Assembly: GCA_045596565.1 (NCBI GenBank)
Contig: JAZOCQ010000154.1
Span: forward strand, 1 to 33,850
Direction of reading: 5' to 3'
From: Acutalibacteraceae bacterium
GTDB lineage: Bacteria > Bacillota > Clostridia > Oscillospirales > Acutalibacteraceae
DNA: 33,850 bases
A program made the translations under genes and the position numbers. Below, in pieces: positions 8,292 through 16,307 of this stretch; positions within the stretch are counted from its first letter, which is position 1, and each line of letters starts with the position of its first letter. A model generated the notes under the pieces. It did no database searches, was not told where the DNA came from, and worked only from the letters and a program-made list of their open reading frames with translations.

Positions 8292-8817
8292 ATGCTTTGT
8301 TTTCGCAAAAATGTGCAACGCCGTGCGCCATAAACGGTAGTACCAACATCACCAACGCATCAATGGCAAACAACGCCAACACGACCCACTTTTGCACCGA
8401 AAGTATGTATGCGCAAAATAATCCGGCCGCCACTGCTTGCAGTACGCCGGTCACCTGCAACAACACAATATCACTTTTCTTGCCGTAACTTGCCGCTACG
8501 GCTATCATGGGCAACGCCGCTTGCATACAAACCAACGTAGCCAGATACTCCGTCTGGAAACTACCAAAGACAGCTATGGCTACTAATAACAACGGTGAAG
8601 CGGCAAGCAAAAGTACCGTCAACACACGTGTAGCCACGCGCGCAGCCGTATATTTCCATAAAAAAACAGCCGGCAACGCCAACGCCACAGCCACTAACGC
8701 CAATAATAAAGATGTGATTTCCATCAGAGCAGACAGCGCTACCGTTATAAACGCAAATATTACCGTTGACTTTTTATACAACTCAATTGCTTCAGGTTTT
8801 TCTTTCCGCAGTGCCAT
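8290..8817 (-). CDS. Hypothetical polytopic membrane protein
   Basis: Track ORF 8290..8898. I prefer ATG 8817 after GGAGG (MALRKEKPEAIELYKKS). About 5 hydrophobic segments are visible. I recognised no family motif. Confidence 0.55.
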   Translation of the reverse strand: MALRKEKPEAIELYKKSTVIFAFITVALSALMEITSLLLALVAVALALPAVFLWKYTAARVATRVLTVLLLAASPLLLVAIAVFGSFQTEYLATLVCMQAALPMIAVAASYGKKSDIVLLQVTGVLQAVAAGLFCAYILSVQKWVVLALFAIDALVMLVLPFMAHGVAHFCENKA

Positions 8818-8870
8818 AACAACCTCCGAAACTTGTATTGCACATAGTATATCGTATTTTGTATCAAAAA

Positions 8871-9632
8871 TCAAGTAACACGCGTATGAATTGCCCACAC
8901 GTGCTTTTTCGTCGGCATAGTGGCATGACGACGAACACGCCGTATAATTTCAACACATACAGCAAAACGCGTAACCGAAAACGGTACGCCCGCCAACCAA
9001 AAACTACCAAAGTGTAAATGTAACAGTTGCCCGCTCCAACCTTTCGAGAGATAAAAACCACTAGAAATGGGAAAACCGCCCACTACTGCAGTTTCCAGTC
9101 GCCGCACGACAATCCACACCACTAACACACCCAGAACCGCCAATAAAATACCAATGCCCAAGAGCAACACTTTCACAACAGCTGTTTCTTCCCGCGCACC
9201 CCACGCTACTATAAACAGGGCCGGAAACAGTGCCGCCGCATACAACACGAAACGCCACACATCCCAACGGAGTTGGGATTTGATATGGGTGAGCGGATGC
9301 CGATAGACGCCAAAAAAACATTGCAGTAAGGTTCTGCCTTCCCACACAATATGCAAATTTTCCATCACACAGGTGTTTTGAGAGGGTGATGCCGTGAGCG
9401 TCGCGGCACGTTTTGCTGCTGCGTAATACCCCGCGTGTGCACAGGATACCAACACCCGATTGAAAAGCAAACTCCCACACAACAATGCCGTCTGCATGGT
9501 TGGCGTGAGCAGTACAAATCGCCGCACCAAAAATTCCACCGCTATCGGCAATAACCAACAAAGGTATGTCCACAACTGCATCACACAAATTTCCATACGA
9601 TGCGCTTTTGCAATCGCACAACTGCCCGCCAT
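8871..9632 (-). CDS. Hypothetical membrane protein
   Basis: Track ORF 8871..9707. The ATG at 9632 follows AGAGGGG. There are several hydrophobic segments (WLLPIAVEFLV, VLYAAALFPALFIVAW, LLLGIGILLAVLGVLVVWIVV). No motif was recognised and the start is uncertain. Confidence 0.45.
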   Translation of the reverse strand: MAGSCAIAKAHRMEICVMQLWTYLCWLLPIAVEFLVRRFVLLTPTMQTALLCGSLLFNRVLVSCAHAGYYAAAKRAATLTASPSQNTCVMENLHIVWEGRTLLQCFFGVYRHPLTHIKSQLRWDVWRFVLYAAALFPALFIVAWGAREETAVVKVLLLGIGILLAVLGVLVVWIVVRRLETAVVGGFPISSGFYLSKGWSGQLLHLHFGSFWLAGVPFSVTRFAVCVEIIRRVRRHATMPTKKHVWAIHTRVT

Positions 9633-9687
9633 ATACAACACCCCTCTTTCCATTACAGTATGGACAAAGAGGGGTATTTTTATCACG

Positions 9688-11004
9688 TTATACTCCCAGC
9701 TGTTCACGCAAGGTTGCTATACCATATAAAAACCAAATCACCTGTTCCGCATTACCGGCATCAATCGTTTTCCATGCATCGCCGTTTTTCTTCATTTTTT
9801 CCATATAAATGGTACCTTGATGGGTGCTGTTCAAAAACGAGAACGTGTCGTTAATATGGAACATATCCCCCGCCATCGCGGCGGCAGTAATATCCCAACC
9901 GACGCTTTTGCCCAGTATCCAATCTTTCACGGTACCGGAAGCACTGCATTCCACCGCGAGATACCCGCCGTTTTGGGTGCGTTGCCATAATTTTTCACGT
10001 GTATAGGCGGCAGTGTTTTGCAAAATTTGCGCATCCAATCCACTATACCCGCTCGCAAAGGCAGATAAGCATACCCAACTGACACCGTTTTCGGGGGTGG
10101 CATTGCCACCGTTAAAATACAGTTGCTCTAAGTATACCGTCTTGCCGTTCACTTCGCGGGTGAGGTTTTGTCGGATACCCGCCTGCAACTTATCCAATGT
10201 ACTTTGCCACAACACCATATCCACGTCTTTCCCGGTTTGCTTTGCGACCGCCACCATCTTTTCCAACGCCGCCGCTACAAAACTGTTGGTGAGAATATCG
10301 AAAACATCCACATAATCCGAGCCGTTATACAGTCTTGTATGGGTAAAACGGCGGTTGCGTACCAAACCTACATTCTCATAAAAATAGGTATCTGAGCAAA
10401 AAGCATCTGCTTCACGTTTCATCAATGCATACGTTTCGTCAAAATAGGCGGTGTCTTTACTTTTGAGAATATACAACGCCCATCCCAACACAAAATGTGC
10501 GCGTCCGTCTAATTCATCTTCGGTGCGCACGGTCGCGCGGTCGGCAGAAATGGTAAACGGTACGTATTGTAGGTTTTTCTCCTGCATAACGTCGGTGACA
10601 AAGCGCAGTGCTTTCCCCGCCGCAGCCGTTTCTCCCACCTTATCGGCCAAAATAGCAAATGCGCCGATAGACCGCACATATTCGCCCTTATACAATCCTG
10701 TCAGGGATTCCTGTAAAAAGCCATTTTCGGTCAATCGACCGAAAATGCTCTGATAACTGTCACGATATATATCCGCGACGTGGCTATCCTGCAACCGGGC
10801 ACGTACCGTATTTTCCACCGACCCCAAGGTCTTTACGGTCGTCGGCACGGTTGTGCTCGCAACAGTGGTGGTTGTCATTGTTGTGGTGGTAGCAGTGGTT
10901 GCGGTAACGCTCTGCTCAGTAACAGAAACACTATGTGTAGCAGACGGTACGGTACACCCGACTAACAATAACAAGCACAAACACAATGCTATAATTTTCG
11001 TCAT
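9688..11004 (-). CDS. Putative lipoprotein with a Thr-rich linker and a large uncharacterised extracytoplasmic domain
   Basis: The signal peptide carries a lipobox (MTKIIALCLCLLLLVGC). A linker TATTATTTTMTTTTVASTTVPTT follows, then a ~370-aa globular region. I cannot assign a family with confidence. Confidence 0.6.
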   Translation of the reverse strand: MTKIIALCLCLLLLVGCTVPSATHSVSVTEQSVTATTATTTTMTTTTVASTTVPTTVKTLGSVENTVRARLQDSHVADIYRDSYQSIFGRLTENGFLQESLTGLYKGEYVRSIGAFAILADKVGETAAAGKALRFVTDVMQEKNLQYVPFTISADRATVRTEDELDGRAHFVLGWALYILKSKDTAYFDETYALMKREADAFCSDTYFYENVGLVRNRRFTHTRLYNGSDYVDVFDILTNSFVAAALEKMVAVAKQTGKDVDMVLWQSTLDKLQAGIRQNLTREVNGKTVYLEQLYFNGGNATPENGVSWVCLSAFASGYSGLDAQILQNTAAYTREKLWQRTQNGGYLAVECSASGTVKDWILGKSVGWDITAAAMAGDMFHINDTFSFLNSTHQGTIYMEKMKKNGDAWKTIDAGNAEQVIWFLYGIATLREQLGV

Positions 11005-11026
11005 CCTGCGTCAACCCCTTTTAACG

Positions 11027-11058
11027 AAAACACCCGATGTCAAACGGCATCGGGTGTT
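11027..11058 (-). terminator. Rho-independent terminator downstream of uppP
   Basis: On the plus strand, AACACCCGATG (11029-11039) pairs with CATCGGGTGTT (11048-11058). A TTTTCGTT tract follows on the minus strand. Confidence 0.6.
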
Positions 11059-11065
11059 GTGTGTT

Positions 11066-11896
11066 TTACAGCCAGCCGCATGCCCAACAGAGCAAGACCA
11101 CCGCACCCAATACGATGCGATACCAACCAAACGGCTTGAAATCATTTTTCTGAATAAAGCGCATAAGGAAACGAATGACGAGAACCGAAACGATAAACGC
11201 CACCACGCTGCCTACCGCCAGCAACAGCCATTCCATCGTGGTAAAGGATAGACCGTCCATCACAAATTTGAGCACTTTCAATAAACTGGCGCCCAGCATC
11301 ACCGGTATCGCCATAAAGAAGGAAAACTCCGCCGCAATGGTGCGGGAAGCACCGACCAAAGTGGCACCCAAAATGGTGGAACCCGAACGGGAAGTGCCGG
11401 GAATTAAAGCCAGCATTTGAAAGGCGCCGATAGCAAAAGCGTGTTTATAGCTCATATCGGAAAGCGCGGTCACTTTTGCCTCACGACTGCGGGATTCCAT
11501 CCAAATGTACGCCACACCATATACCACCAGTGCCAGCGCAATCACCAACGGCACCGACAGTTTTTCGTCAATAATGTCATCCAGCAAAAGACCCGCAATG
11601 GCGGCGGGGATACTGGCGACCAATACTTTGGACCACAGCACCCACGTGTCTTTTTTCTCCACCGAGGTTTTTTTCGGCGAGAAAGGATTGAGTTTGTGGA
11701 AATACAACACCAATACCGCTAAAATCGAGCCGAGTTGGATAACCACCTTGAAAACATCAAAGAAATCCGCCGATACCTGCATTTTCCACACGGCATCCAG
11801 TAACAAAATGTGACCGGTACTGCTGATAGGTAACCACTCGGTGATACCTTGCAGTATACCCTGTACGACAGCCTTTAAAACCTCAATAAGCGCCAT
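11066..11896 (-). CDS. uppP: Undecaprenyl-diphosphate phosphatase (BacA/UppP)
   Basis: GITEWLPISSTGHILL and PGTSRSGSTILG are the two UppP signature motifs. The protein is 276 aa and polytopic. Confidence 0.92.
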   Translation of the reverse strand: MALIEVLKAVVQGILQGITEWLPISSTGHILLLDAVWKMQVSADFFDVFKVVIQLGSILAVLVLYFHKLNPFSPKKTSVEKKDTWVLWSKVLVASIPAAIAGLLLDDIIDEKLSVPLVIALALVVYGVAYIWMESRSREAKVTALSDMSYKHAFAIGAFQMLALIPGTSRSGSTILGATLVGASRTIAAEFSFFMAIPVMLGASLLKVLKFVMDGLSFTTMEWLLLAVGSVVAFIVSVLVIRFLMRFIQKNDFKPFGWYRIVLGAVVLLCWACGWL

Positions 11897-11913
11897 GCTG
11901 ACACCCTTTCTGC

Positions 11914-12135
11914 TTATAAATCAATCTCGTTGAGCAAATCACGCAGCAAAATGATTTCATCGGGGGACAACGTGACACCCTTACCCATCTTGCTGTGGTC
12001 GGGGGACCATTCGCGAATATCGTATTTGGGGGCGCGGTCGTTCCAGCTAATCAAGTTAACTTCTTTGGTCCAACCCTTAGCGGATTCGGACAGCACACCG
12101 CAGTTTTTTACAATTTCATACTTCAATTCGGGCAT
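11914..12135 (-). CDS. PC4-like ssDNA-binding protein (YdbC/DUF2128-type)
   Basis: Track ORF 11914..12174. I prefer ATG 12135 after AAGGAG. The sequence MPELKYEIVKNCGVLSESAKGWTKEVNLISWNDRAPKYDIREWSPDHSKMGKGVTLSPDE resembles the Lactococcus YdbC family from memory (GWTKE...FDIR.WSPDH.KMGKGITL). Confidence 0.6.
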   Translation of the reverse strand: MPELKYEIVKNCGVLSESAKGWTKEVNLISWNDRAPKYDIREWSPDHSKMGKGVTLSPDEIILLRDLLNEIDL

Positions 12136-12307
12136 ATGTAACAACTCCTTTATTTTACAGTCAAGTGTATGCAACGCTTGACATTTTTAACCCAATAACC
12201 AGTTGCCGATTGCATCCAGCAAGGCACCAATACCTCTCGAGGAGGCGCTTTGTCTTTCGGAACCGCCGCCTTTATACGTCGAAACCGCACGCGGTTTCAT
12301 TGGCGGC

Positions 12308-12970
12308 TTATCGAAAAAAGTGACGTTCGGTGTCTGAAGACACGCGATTGTCAAACCGATAAAACCATTCTGCCAGCGCGGCGGCATCCTTTTCATGTGC
12401 CGCAATCGCATCGTTTTGAATAGCGGCGGTACGCACACGCAGTTTTTCCAGTTCTGCGGAAAGTTGCGCCGTTACCTGTTGCACCTCCGATAAAGCGCGC
12501 TCGGTTTGCTTGCGGCTTTCGTCCATACGGGCATTGACGTTCTTTTTCACAAACGCCACCGCGTCACGGCTGTCTTCAAACATCTTTTTAAAAGTGTCCA
12601 GCTCACCCTGTTGCAATTGCAGTTGTCCTTTGAGCAATACGTTTTCATCCTGCAAACGCGCACATTCCTGCAATCGTTTTTGAGCATCCGCAAATTTTTC
12701 ACGCAGCGCTGTTACTTGCTCGTTTGCGGCATCCAATCGCGCAGTGGCATCTGTAAGCGCCGCTTGTACCGCATCGGCTTGTGCCGCTCGTTCACGCAAA
12801 GAAGCCGCCTCTTTTTCCAACGCGTCCTTCTCGCCGCGCAATACAGTCAGTTCTTCCTGCAACGTATTAACTTCCTCACAATGCGTGGTATGTAACGATT
12901 CTATATAATCTAAAACGTCCTCTTTTTTAAAGCCTCGGAATACTGTTTTGAAAAAACCGTTTTCTGCCAT
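12308..12970 (-). CDS. DivIVA-domain coiled-coil protein
   Basis: The N-terminal FKTVFRGFKKEDVLDYIESL matches the DivIVA motif (F..RGY..EEVD.FL). The remainder is a heptad-rich A/E/L/Q coiled coil. Confidence 0.75.
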   Translation of the reverse strand: MAENGFFKTVFRGFKKEDVLDYIESLHTTHCEEVNTLQEELTVLRGEKDALEKEAASLRERAAQADAVQAALTDATARLDAANEQVTALREKFADAQKRLQECARLQDENVLLKGQLQLQQGELDTFKKMFEDSRDAVAFVKKNVNARMDESRKQTERALSEVQQVTAQLSAELEKLRVRTAAIQNDAIAAHEKDAAALAEWFYRFDNRVSSDTERHFFR

Positions 12971-13063
12971 ATATGCATACAGTCCTTTCCTTTTGTATAT
13001 ACTATATTTTACTATAACACATATTTATAAAAAATAAAAGACTTTTTTGGAAATCATTTTTTA

Positions 13064-13091
13064 TTGACAAAAATGCGAAACATGATACAAT
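13064..13091 (+). promoter_or_regulatory. Sigma-A-type promoter for ssrA
   Basis: TTGACA (13064-13069), a 16-nt spacer, then TACAAT (13086-13091). It lies ~30 nt upstream of the mature tmRNA 5' end. Confidence 0.55.
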
Positions 13092-13120
13092 AGCGATGCA
13101 AGGTATCACACATTCTACAT

Positions 13121-13471
13121 GGGGTCGTAAAGGTTTCGACGGGGATTGTGAGGTACGGTAAGCGAGTAGCGGTGCGGGCCCGCTTTAAAACCTGCAAACT
13201 TTAAAATTAAACGACAACAATACTGTTGCTCTGGCAGCCTAATTAGGCCGCCCGTCTTTACCCGAAGTACCACGGTTGGGATAAAGGCGTCGACTAGTGG
13301 TGAACGTGAACGGGAAGGTGCCACCCTCCCCGTCACGACGTAGTGGCTACCGTAGCAAATAGCCTGCCTATCGGCGATTTGTGAGGGGAATTCCAAAAGA
13401 TGAGGCTGCACTCGGAGAAAGCTGTATCAAGTGGTTTTCGGACAGGGGTTCGACTCCCCTCGGCTCCACCA
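13121..13471 (+). ncRNA. ssrA: Transfer-messenger RNA (tmRNA, SsrA)
   Basis: The 5' end GGGGTCGTAAAGGTTTCGACGGGG and the 3' end GGACAGGGGTTCGACTCCCCTCGGCTCCACCA form the tRNA-Ala-like acceptor and T-arm. The internal tag frame ends GAC AAC AAT ACT GTT GCT CTG GCA GCC TAA (13213-13242), giving ...DNNTVALAA, a typical proteolysis tag. Confidence 0.95.
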
Positions 13472-13494
13472 AAACGCACACAGACGAACCCCAA

Positions 13495-13528
13495 GGGTTC
13501 GTACACAGTGGGTTGTGCTCCACCAAAA
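13495..13528 (+). repeat. Degenerate duplicate of the ssrA 3' end (possible att remnant)
   Basis: GCTCCACCAAAA at 13517-13528 exactly repeats 13463-13474, the tmRNA 3' terminus. GGGTTCG at 13495-13501 echoes the T-arm GGGTTCG at 13446-13452. Confidence 0.4.
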
Positions 13529-13562
13529 AATCGACAAGTTTCTATCGAAACTTGTCGATTTT
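13527..13562 (+). terminator. Rho-independent terminator downstream of ssrA
   Basis: AAAATCGACAAGTTTC (13527-13542), loop TATC, GAAACTTGTCGATTTT (13547-13562), followed by ACTTTTT. Confidence 0.8.
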
Positions 13563-13587
13563 ACTTTTTCGCTCTTCATTTTTCACT

Positions 13588-14211
13588 TCAAACGTATACG
13601 CCTCCACGGTATTTTCCCCAAACACTGCTCTCGATTTTGGGGTACCCTTTCAGCGAAACGGTATCCACCAGTATATCATCCGTATACTTATTAAAAGTGT
13701 GTAGGGTAACCGACTTTGCTCTGTAATTGATAAGTAAAGAAACCGCCTGTTCAAAATCAAACTGTCTGCACGCCAAATAGCATTTCCGTTTATCATATTC
13801 ACAAACACCGATATTTTCCCCTATTTTTACCTCTATCCAGCACAAATTACGCCGACCACGCTCATGGATGACAATGTCAGGACGAACATATTTCCCCATT
13901 TCGATAATTTCCAGCAAATCCGGTAATTCTTGCAAAAAAGACATTTGTCCACTGCCGTCATGCAAGTCAAACCGATACAAGCGATTATACTCAATTTCCG
14001 CAAACAGCAAGGGGTTTTCGGTTTGCTGTTGCAAGTAATACTCTACATAATTTGCCAACCGATGATTGATGGAGACCTCATGCACATCCCGTTCAAATAA
14101 GTATTCATCTCGCTCAAACAAGGCGGCAATCGCCGATATTAGACAAGCATTTGAGCAGTTGTTAAGCATATCCTCTTGCCGAAACCTACTGTATTTGAAA
14201 CAATTTTGCAT
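13588..14211 (-). CDS. Hypothetical protein with a PD-(D/E)xK nuclease-like motif
   Basis: Track ORF 13588..14412. I prefer ATG 14211 (MQNCFKY), preceded by a purine-rich AGAGGG. The stretch YVRPDIVIHERGRRNLCWIEVKIG fits a PD...(E)xK restriction-endonuclease-fold core. The region is AT-rich compared with its neighbours. Confidence 0.5.
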   Translation of the reverse strand: MQNCFKYSRFRQEDMLNNCSNACLISAIAALFERDEYLFERDVHEVSINHRLANYVEYYLQQQTENPLLFAEIEYNRLYRFDLHDGSGQMSFLQELPDLLEIIEMGKYVRPDIVIHERGRRNLCWIEVKIGENIGVCEYDKRKCYLACRQFDFEQAVSLLINYRAKSVTLHTFNKYTDDILVDTVSLKGYPKIESSVWGKYRGGVYV

Positions 14212-14224
14212 ACAAATACCCTCT

Positions 14225-14455
14225 TCATTCCAATCTATCTTCCAGTACATCCATAAACTGTGCCACCGCCAATTGTCCGCGGGTACAGTCCCACGCCAAC
14301 CGTCGCATCCATTTACGGTCGGTAGAGATATCACGCACCCGCAAACAACAATGTATCCCCCATAAGCGCAAACGATATGCTGCCATACCATAACAACAAA
14401 AAGTCGCACCATAATCGGTCACGATTTTTTCTTTTATCAACGTATATACAACCAT
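14225..14455 (-). CDS. Small hypothetical protein (76 aa)
   Basis: An internal ATG at 14455 of track ORF 14225..14539 is preceded by GAGG. It translates to MVVYTLIKEKIVTDYGATFCCYGMAAYRLRLWGIHCCLRVRDISTDRKWMRRLAWDCTRGQLAVAQFMDVLEDRLE. It ends 13 nt before the next gene. No family was assigned. Confidence 0.35.
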   Translation of the reverse strand: MVVYTLIKEKIVTDYGATFCCYGMAAYRLRLWGIHCCLRVRDISTDRKWMRRLAWDCTRGQLAVAQFMDVLEDRLE

Positions 14456-14589
14456 ATATACCTCTGTGTGTAGAAAAAGATTTTGTTGTGAATTACATTC
14501 ACTTTTATATATTGTAATACACATGTTTTGGTTTGTCAATGGGTGTTTTCAAAAAATAAGTATTTTTGTCGAAAATAGTATTTTGAAAT

Positions 14590-14623
14590 AAAAATCCCCG
14601 CCACAACTTTCGTTGTGACGGGG
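14590..14623 (-). terminator. Rho-independent terminator downstream of purC
   Basis: The minus strand reads CCCCGTCACAAC, loop GAAA, GTTGTGGCGGGG (one G-U pair), followed by ATTTTTATTT. Confidence 0.75.
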
Positions 14624-14635
14624 TGCTTGAATAGA

Positions 14636-15319
14636 TTATCTGTTGAGGATAAGGCGGGTGAGTTCCACCGGATCTACAATGGTATCGCCCTTATAGACGC
14701 GCATATTGCCGGAAGCGATTTCATCGATGAGGATAACCTCGCCGTTGTTATAGCCGAACTCGAATTTGATATCCCACAAATCCAAACCGATGGTTTTGAG
14801 GTCATCCGCAACAATTTTGGTGATTTTGAGGGTTTGTTCTTTCATGCTTTCAAACATTTCTGGGGTCATCACGCCCAGAGCGGCAAGACCTTCACCAGTA
14901 ACCAGCGGGTCACCTTTTTCATCATTTTTGAAAGTGCATTCCACATAGCCGCCTTCCAAAACGGTGCCGTCCTCGATATATTCACCGTAGCGGCGAATAA
15001 AGCTACCGGTAGCCACCAAACGGCAGATAACTTCCAAACCGTGACCGAACACGGTTGCAGGCAACACCTCCATGGTTGCATCGTCGATATTGGCATTGAC
15101 ATAATGCGTTTTGATACCCGCAGCTTTGAGCATTTCAAAATAGTAAACGGAAGTCTGCAAATTTGCCTTACCGATACCTTCAATAGTCAGTCCCACCGTG
15201 TTCTCGCCCGGGTCAAACACACCGTCTTTTCCGGTGCAATCATCCTTGAATTTCAACAACACGTTGCCATTATCCAAGCTGTACACATCTTTGGTTTTAC
15301 CGGTATATACTTTTTTCAT
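14636..15319 (-). CDS. purC: Phosphoribosylaminoimidazole-succinocarboxamide (SAICAR) synthase
   Basis: Track ORF 14636..15358. I prefer ATG 15319 ([15 protein letters not shown]). [18 protein letters not shown] and DIKFEFG...LIDEI are PurC hallmarks. Confidence 0.9.
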   Translation of the reverse strand: MKKVYTGKTKDVYSLDNGNVLLKFKDDCTGKDGVFDPGENTVGLTIEGIGKANLQTSVYYFEMLKAAGIKTHYVNANIDDATMEVLPATVFGHGLEVICRLVATGSFIRRYGEYIEDGTVLEGGYVECTFKNDEKGDPLVTGEGLAALGVMTPEMFESMKEQTLKITKIVADDLKTIGLDLWDIKFEFGYNNGEVILIDEIASGNMRVYKGDTIVDPVELTRLILNR

Positions 15320-15356
15320 AACATCAGTACTTCCTTTCGAAACGAATATGATGTTC

Positions 15357-15385
15357 ATTTTACCGCTTTTACAAGCATTTGTAAA
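15357..15385 (-). promoter_or_regulatory. Candidate sigma-A promoter for purC
   Basis: The minus strand reads TTTACA, a 17-nt spacer, then TAAAAT. This leaves only a ~30-nt leader, which is too short for a purine riboswitch. Confidence 0.4.
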
Positions 15386-15436
15386 GTGTTTATAATAAAA
15401 AATTCAGAATTTCTTTGTATTTTTTGCCGATAAAAA

Positions 15437-15461
15437 ACCTCTCTGCTATGCACAGAGAGGT
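15437..15461 (-). terminator. Rho-independent terminator after the small membrane protein gene
   Basis: The minus strand reads ACCTCTCTG, a 7-nt loop, then CAGAGAGGT, followed by TTTTTTATCGG. Confidence 0.7.
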
Positions 15462-15470
15462 GTACCTGTT

Positions 15471-15647
15471 TTAAAAAAAGCCGGTGACGGTATCCACCAA
15501 ATCGCCCACCGAACGCAGGGCGCGTCCCATGTTGCGTTTTACGCTTTTATGATTGTCGTATAGATAATAACTGCCGATAGCCCCTGCCACACAGCCCAGA
15601 GCCATACCAATACCGACGCCTTTCGCCATTTTCATCATATTTTTCAT
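15471..15647 (-). CDS. Small hypothetical membrane-associated protein (58 aa)
   Basis: An internal ATG at 15647 of track ORF 15471..15878 is preceded by AAAGGAGG. It translates to MKNMMKMAKGVGIGMALGCVAGAIGSYYLYDNHKSVKRNMGRALRSVGDLVDTVTGFF, with one Gly-rich hydrophobic segment. Confidence 0.5.
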   Translation of the reverse strand: MKNMMKMAKGVGIGMALGCVAGAIGSYYLYDNHKSVKRNMGRALRSVGDLVDTVTGFF

Positions 15648-15705
15648 AACAGATGCCTCCTTTCCGGCATTAGTATGTGCTTCCAAAATACTTTTATGAG
15701 TTTGC

Positions 15706-15734
15706 TTGCTTTTTTTCAAGAAAAGTCGTATAAT
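15706..15734 (+). promoter_or_regulatory. Candidate sigma-A promoter for trmL
   Basis: TTGCTT (15706-15711), a 17-nt spacer, then TATAAT (15729-15734). Confidence 0.45.
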
Positions 15735-15768
15735 CACCAAATAGTATATGGTCAAGGAGGCGTTCCCC

Positions 15769-16269
15769 ATGTCCACCCTCAATATTGTTTTGGTAGAACC
15801 CGAAATTCCGCAAAATACCGGTAACATCAGCCGCACCTGTGCCGCCACCGGTGCACGGTTACACTTGGTAGAGCCCATGGGATTTAAAATTGACGATAAA
15901 AAATTAAAGCGCGCAGGTTTGGATTACTGGCATCTGTTGGATATCACGTATTACAAAAATTTAGATGATTTTTTCGAGAAAAATAAAGGACCTTTCTTTT
16001 ATTTTTCCACCAAAGCACAAAAAATTCATTCGGAAGTGTCCTACCCCGACGGCGCCTATCTGGTATTTGGCAAAGAAACCGCGGGATTGCCCGAACAATT
16101 ATTGCACGACAATCCGGAACAGTGTGTGCGACTGCCAATGATTGATAACGATAGCGCTCGCTCGTTAAATCTCTCCAACGCAGTGGCAGTGGGCGCTTAT
16201 GAAGTGTTGCGACAATGGAACTACCCCACCATGCGCACTATGGGAAAACTCACAAAATTCGATTGGTAA
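15769..16269 (+). CDS. trmL: tRNA (cytidine(34)/uridine(34)-2'-O)-methyltransferase TrmL (SpoU/TrmH family)
   Basis: I prefer ATG 15769 after AAGGAGG. LNIVLVEPEIPQNTGNISRTCAATGARLHLVEPMGF and the C-terminal LNLSNAVAVGAYE are TrmL/YibK motifs. The protein is 166 aa. Confidence 0.88.
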   Translation: MSTLNIVLVEPEIPQNTGNISRTCAATGARLHLVEPMGFKIDDKKLKRAGLDYWHLLDITYYKNLDDFFEKNKGPFFYFSTKAQKIHSEVSYPDGAYLVFGKETAGLPEQLLHDNPEQCVRLPMIDNDSARSLNLSNAVAVGAYEVLRQWNYPTMRTMGKLTKFDW

Positions 16270-16273
16270 CAAA

Positions 16274-16304
16274 AAAAGCCACAGAACAAAGTTCTGTGGC
16301 TTTT
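16274..16304. terminator. Bidirectional rho-independent terminator
   Basis: AAAAGCCACAGAAC, loop AAA, GTTCTGTGGCTTTT. It lies between the convergent trmL gene and the long minus-strand operon. Confidence 0.85.
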
Positions 16305-16307
16305 GCT

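Noticed and set aside
12187-12438. The full 83-aa track ORF overlapping the 3' end of the DivIVA-domain gene.
   Set aside because: Its upstream two-thirds overlap the DivIVA frame and translate implausibly. Only the last 38 codons, downstream of the DivIVA stop, are kept as a low-confidence observation.
14615-15433. A 272-aa plus-strand ORF covering the purC locus.
   Set aside because: It is antisense to an unmistakable purC. Its translation has no recognisable motifs and odd composition (H/F/I-rich), so it is a typical shadow ORF.
15320-15470. An expected purine riboswitch upstream of purC.
   Set aside because: The interval holds a terminator for the upstream gene and a promoter only ~30 nt from the purC RBS. 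I could not find the conserved purine-aptamer core (a three-way junction with loop-loop motifs), and there is not enough room for it.
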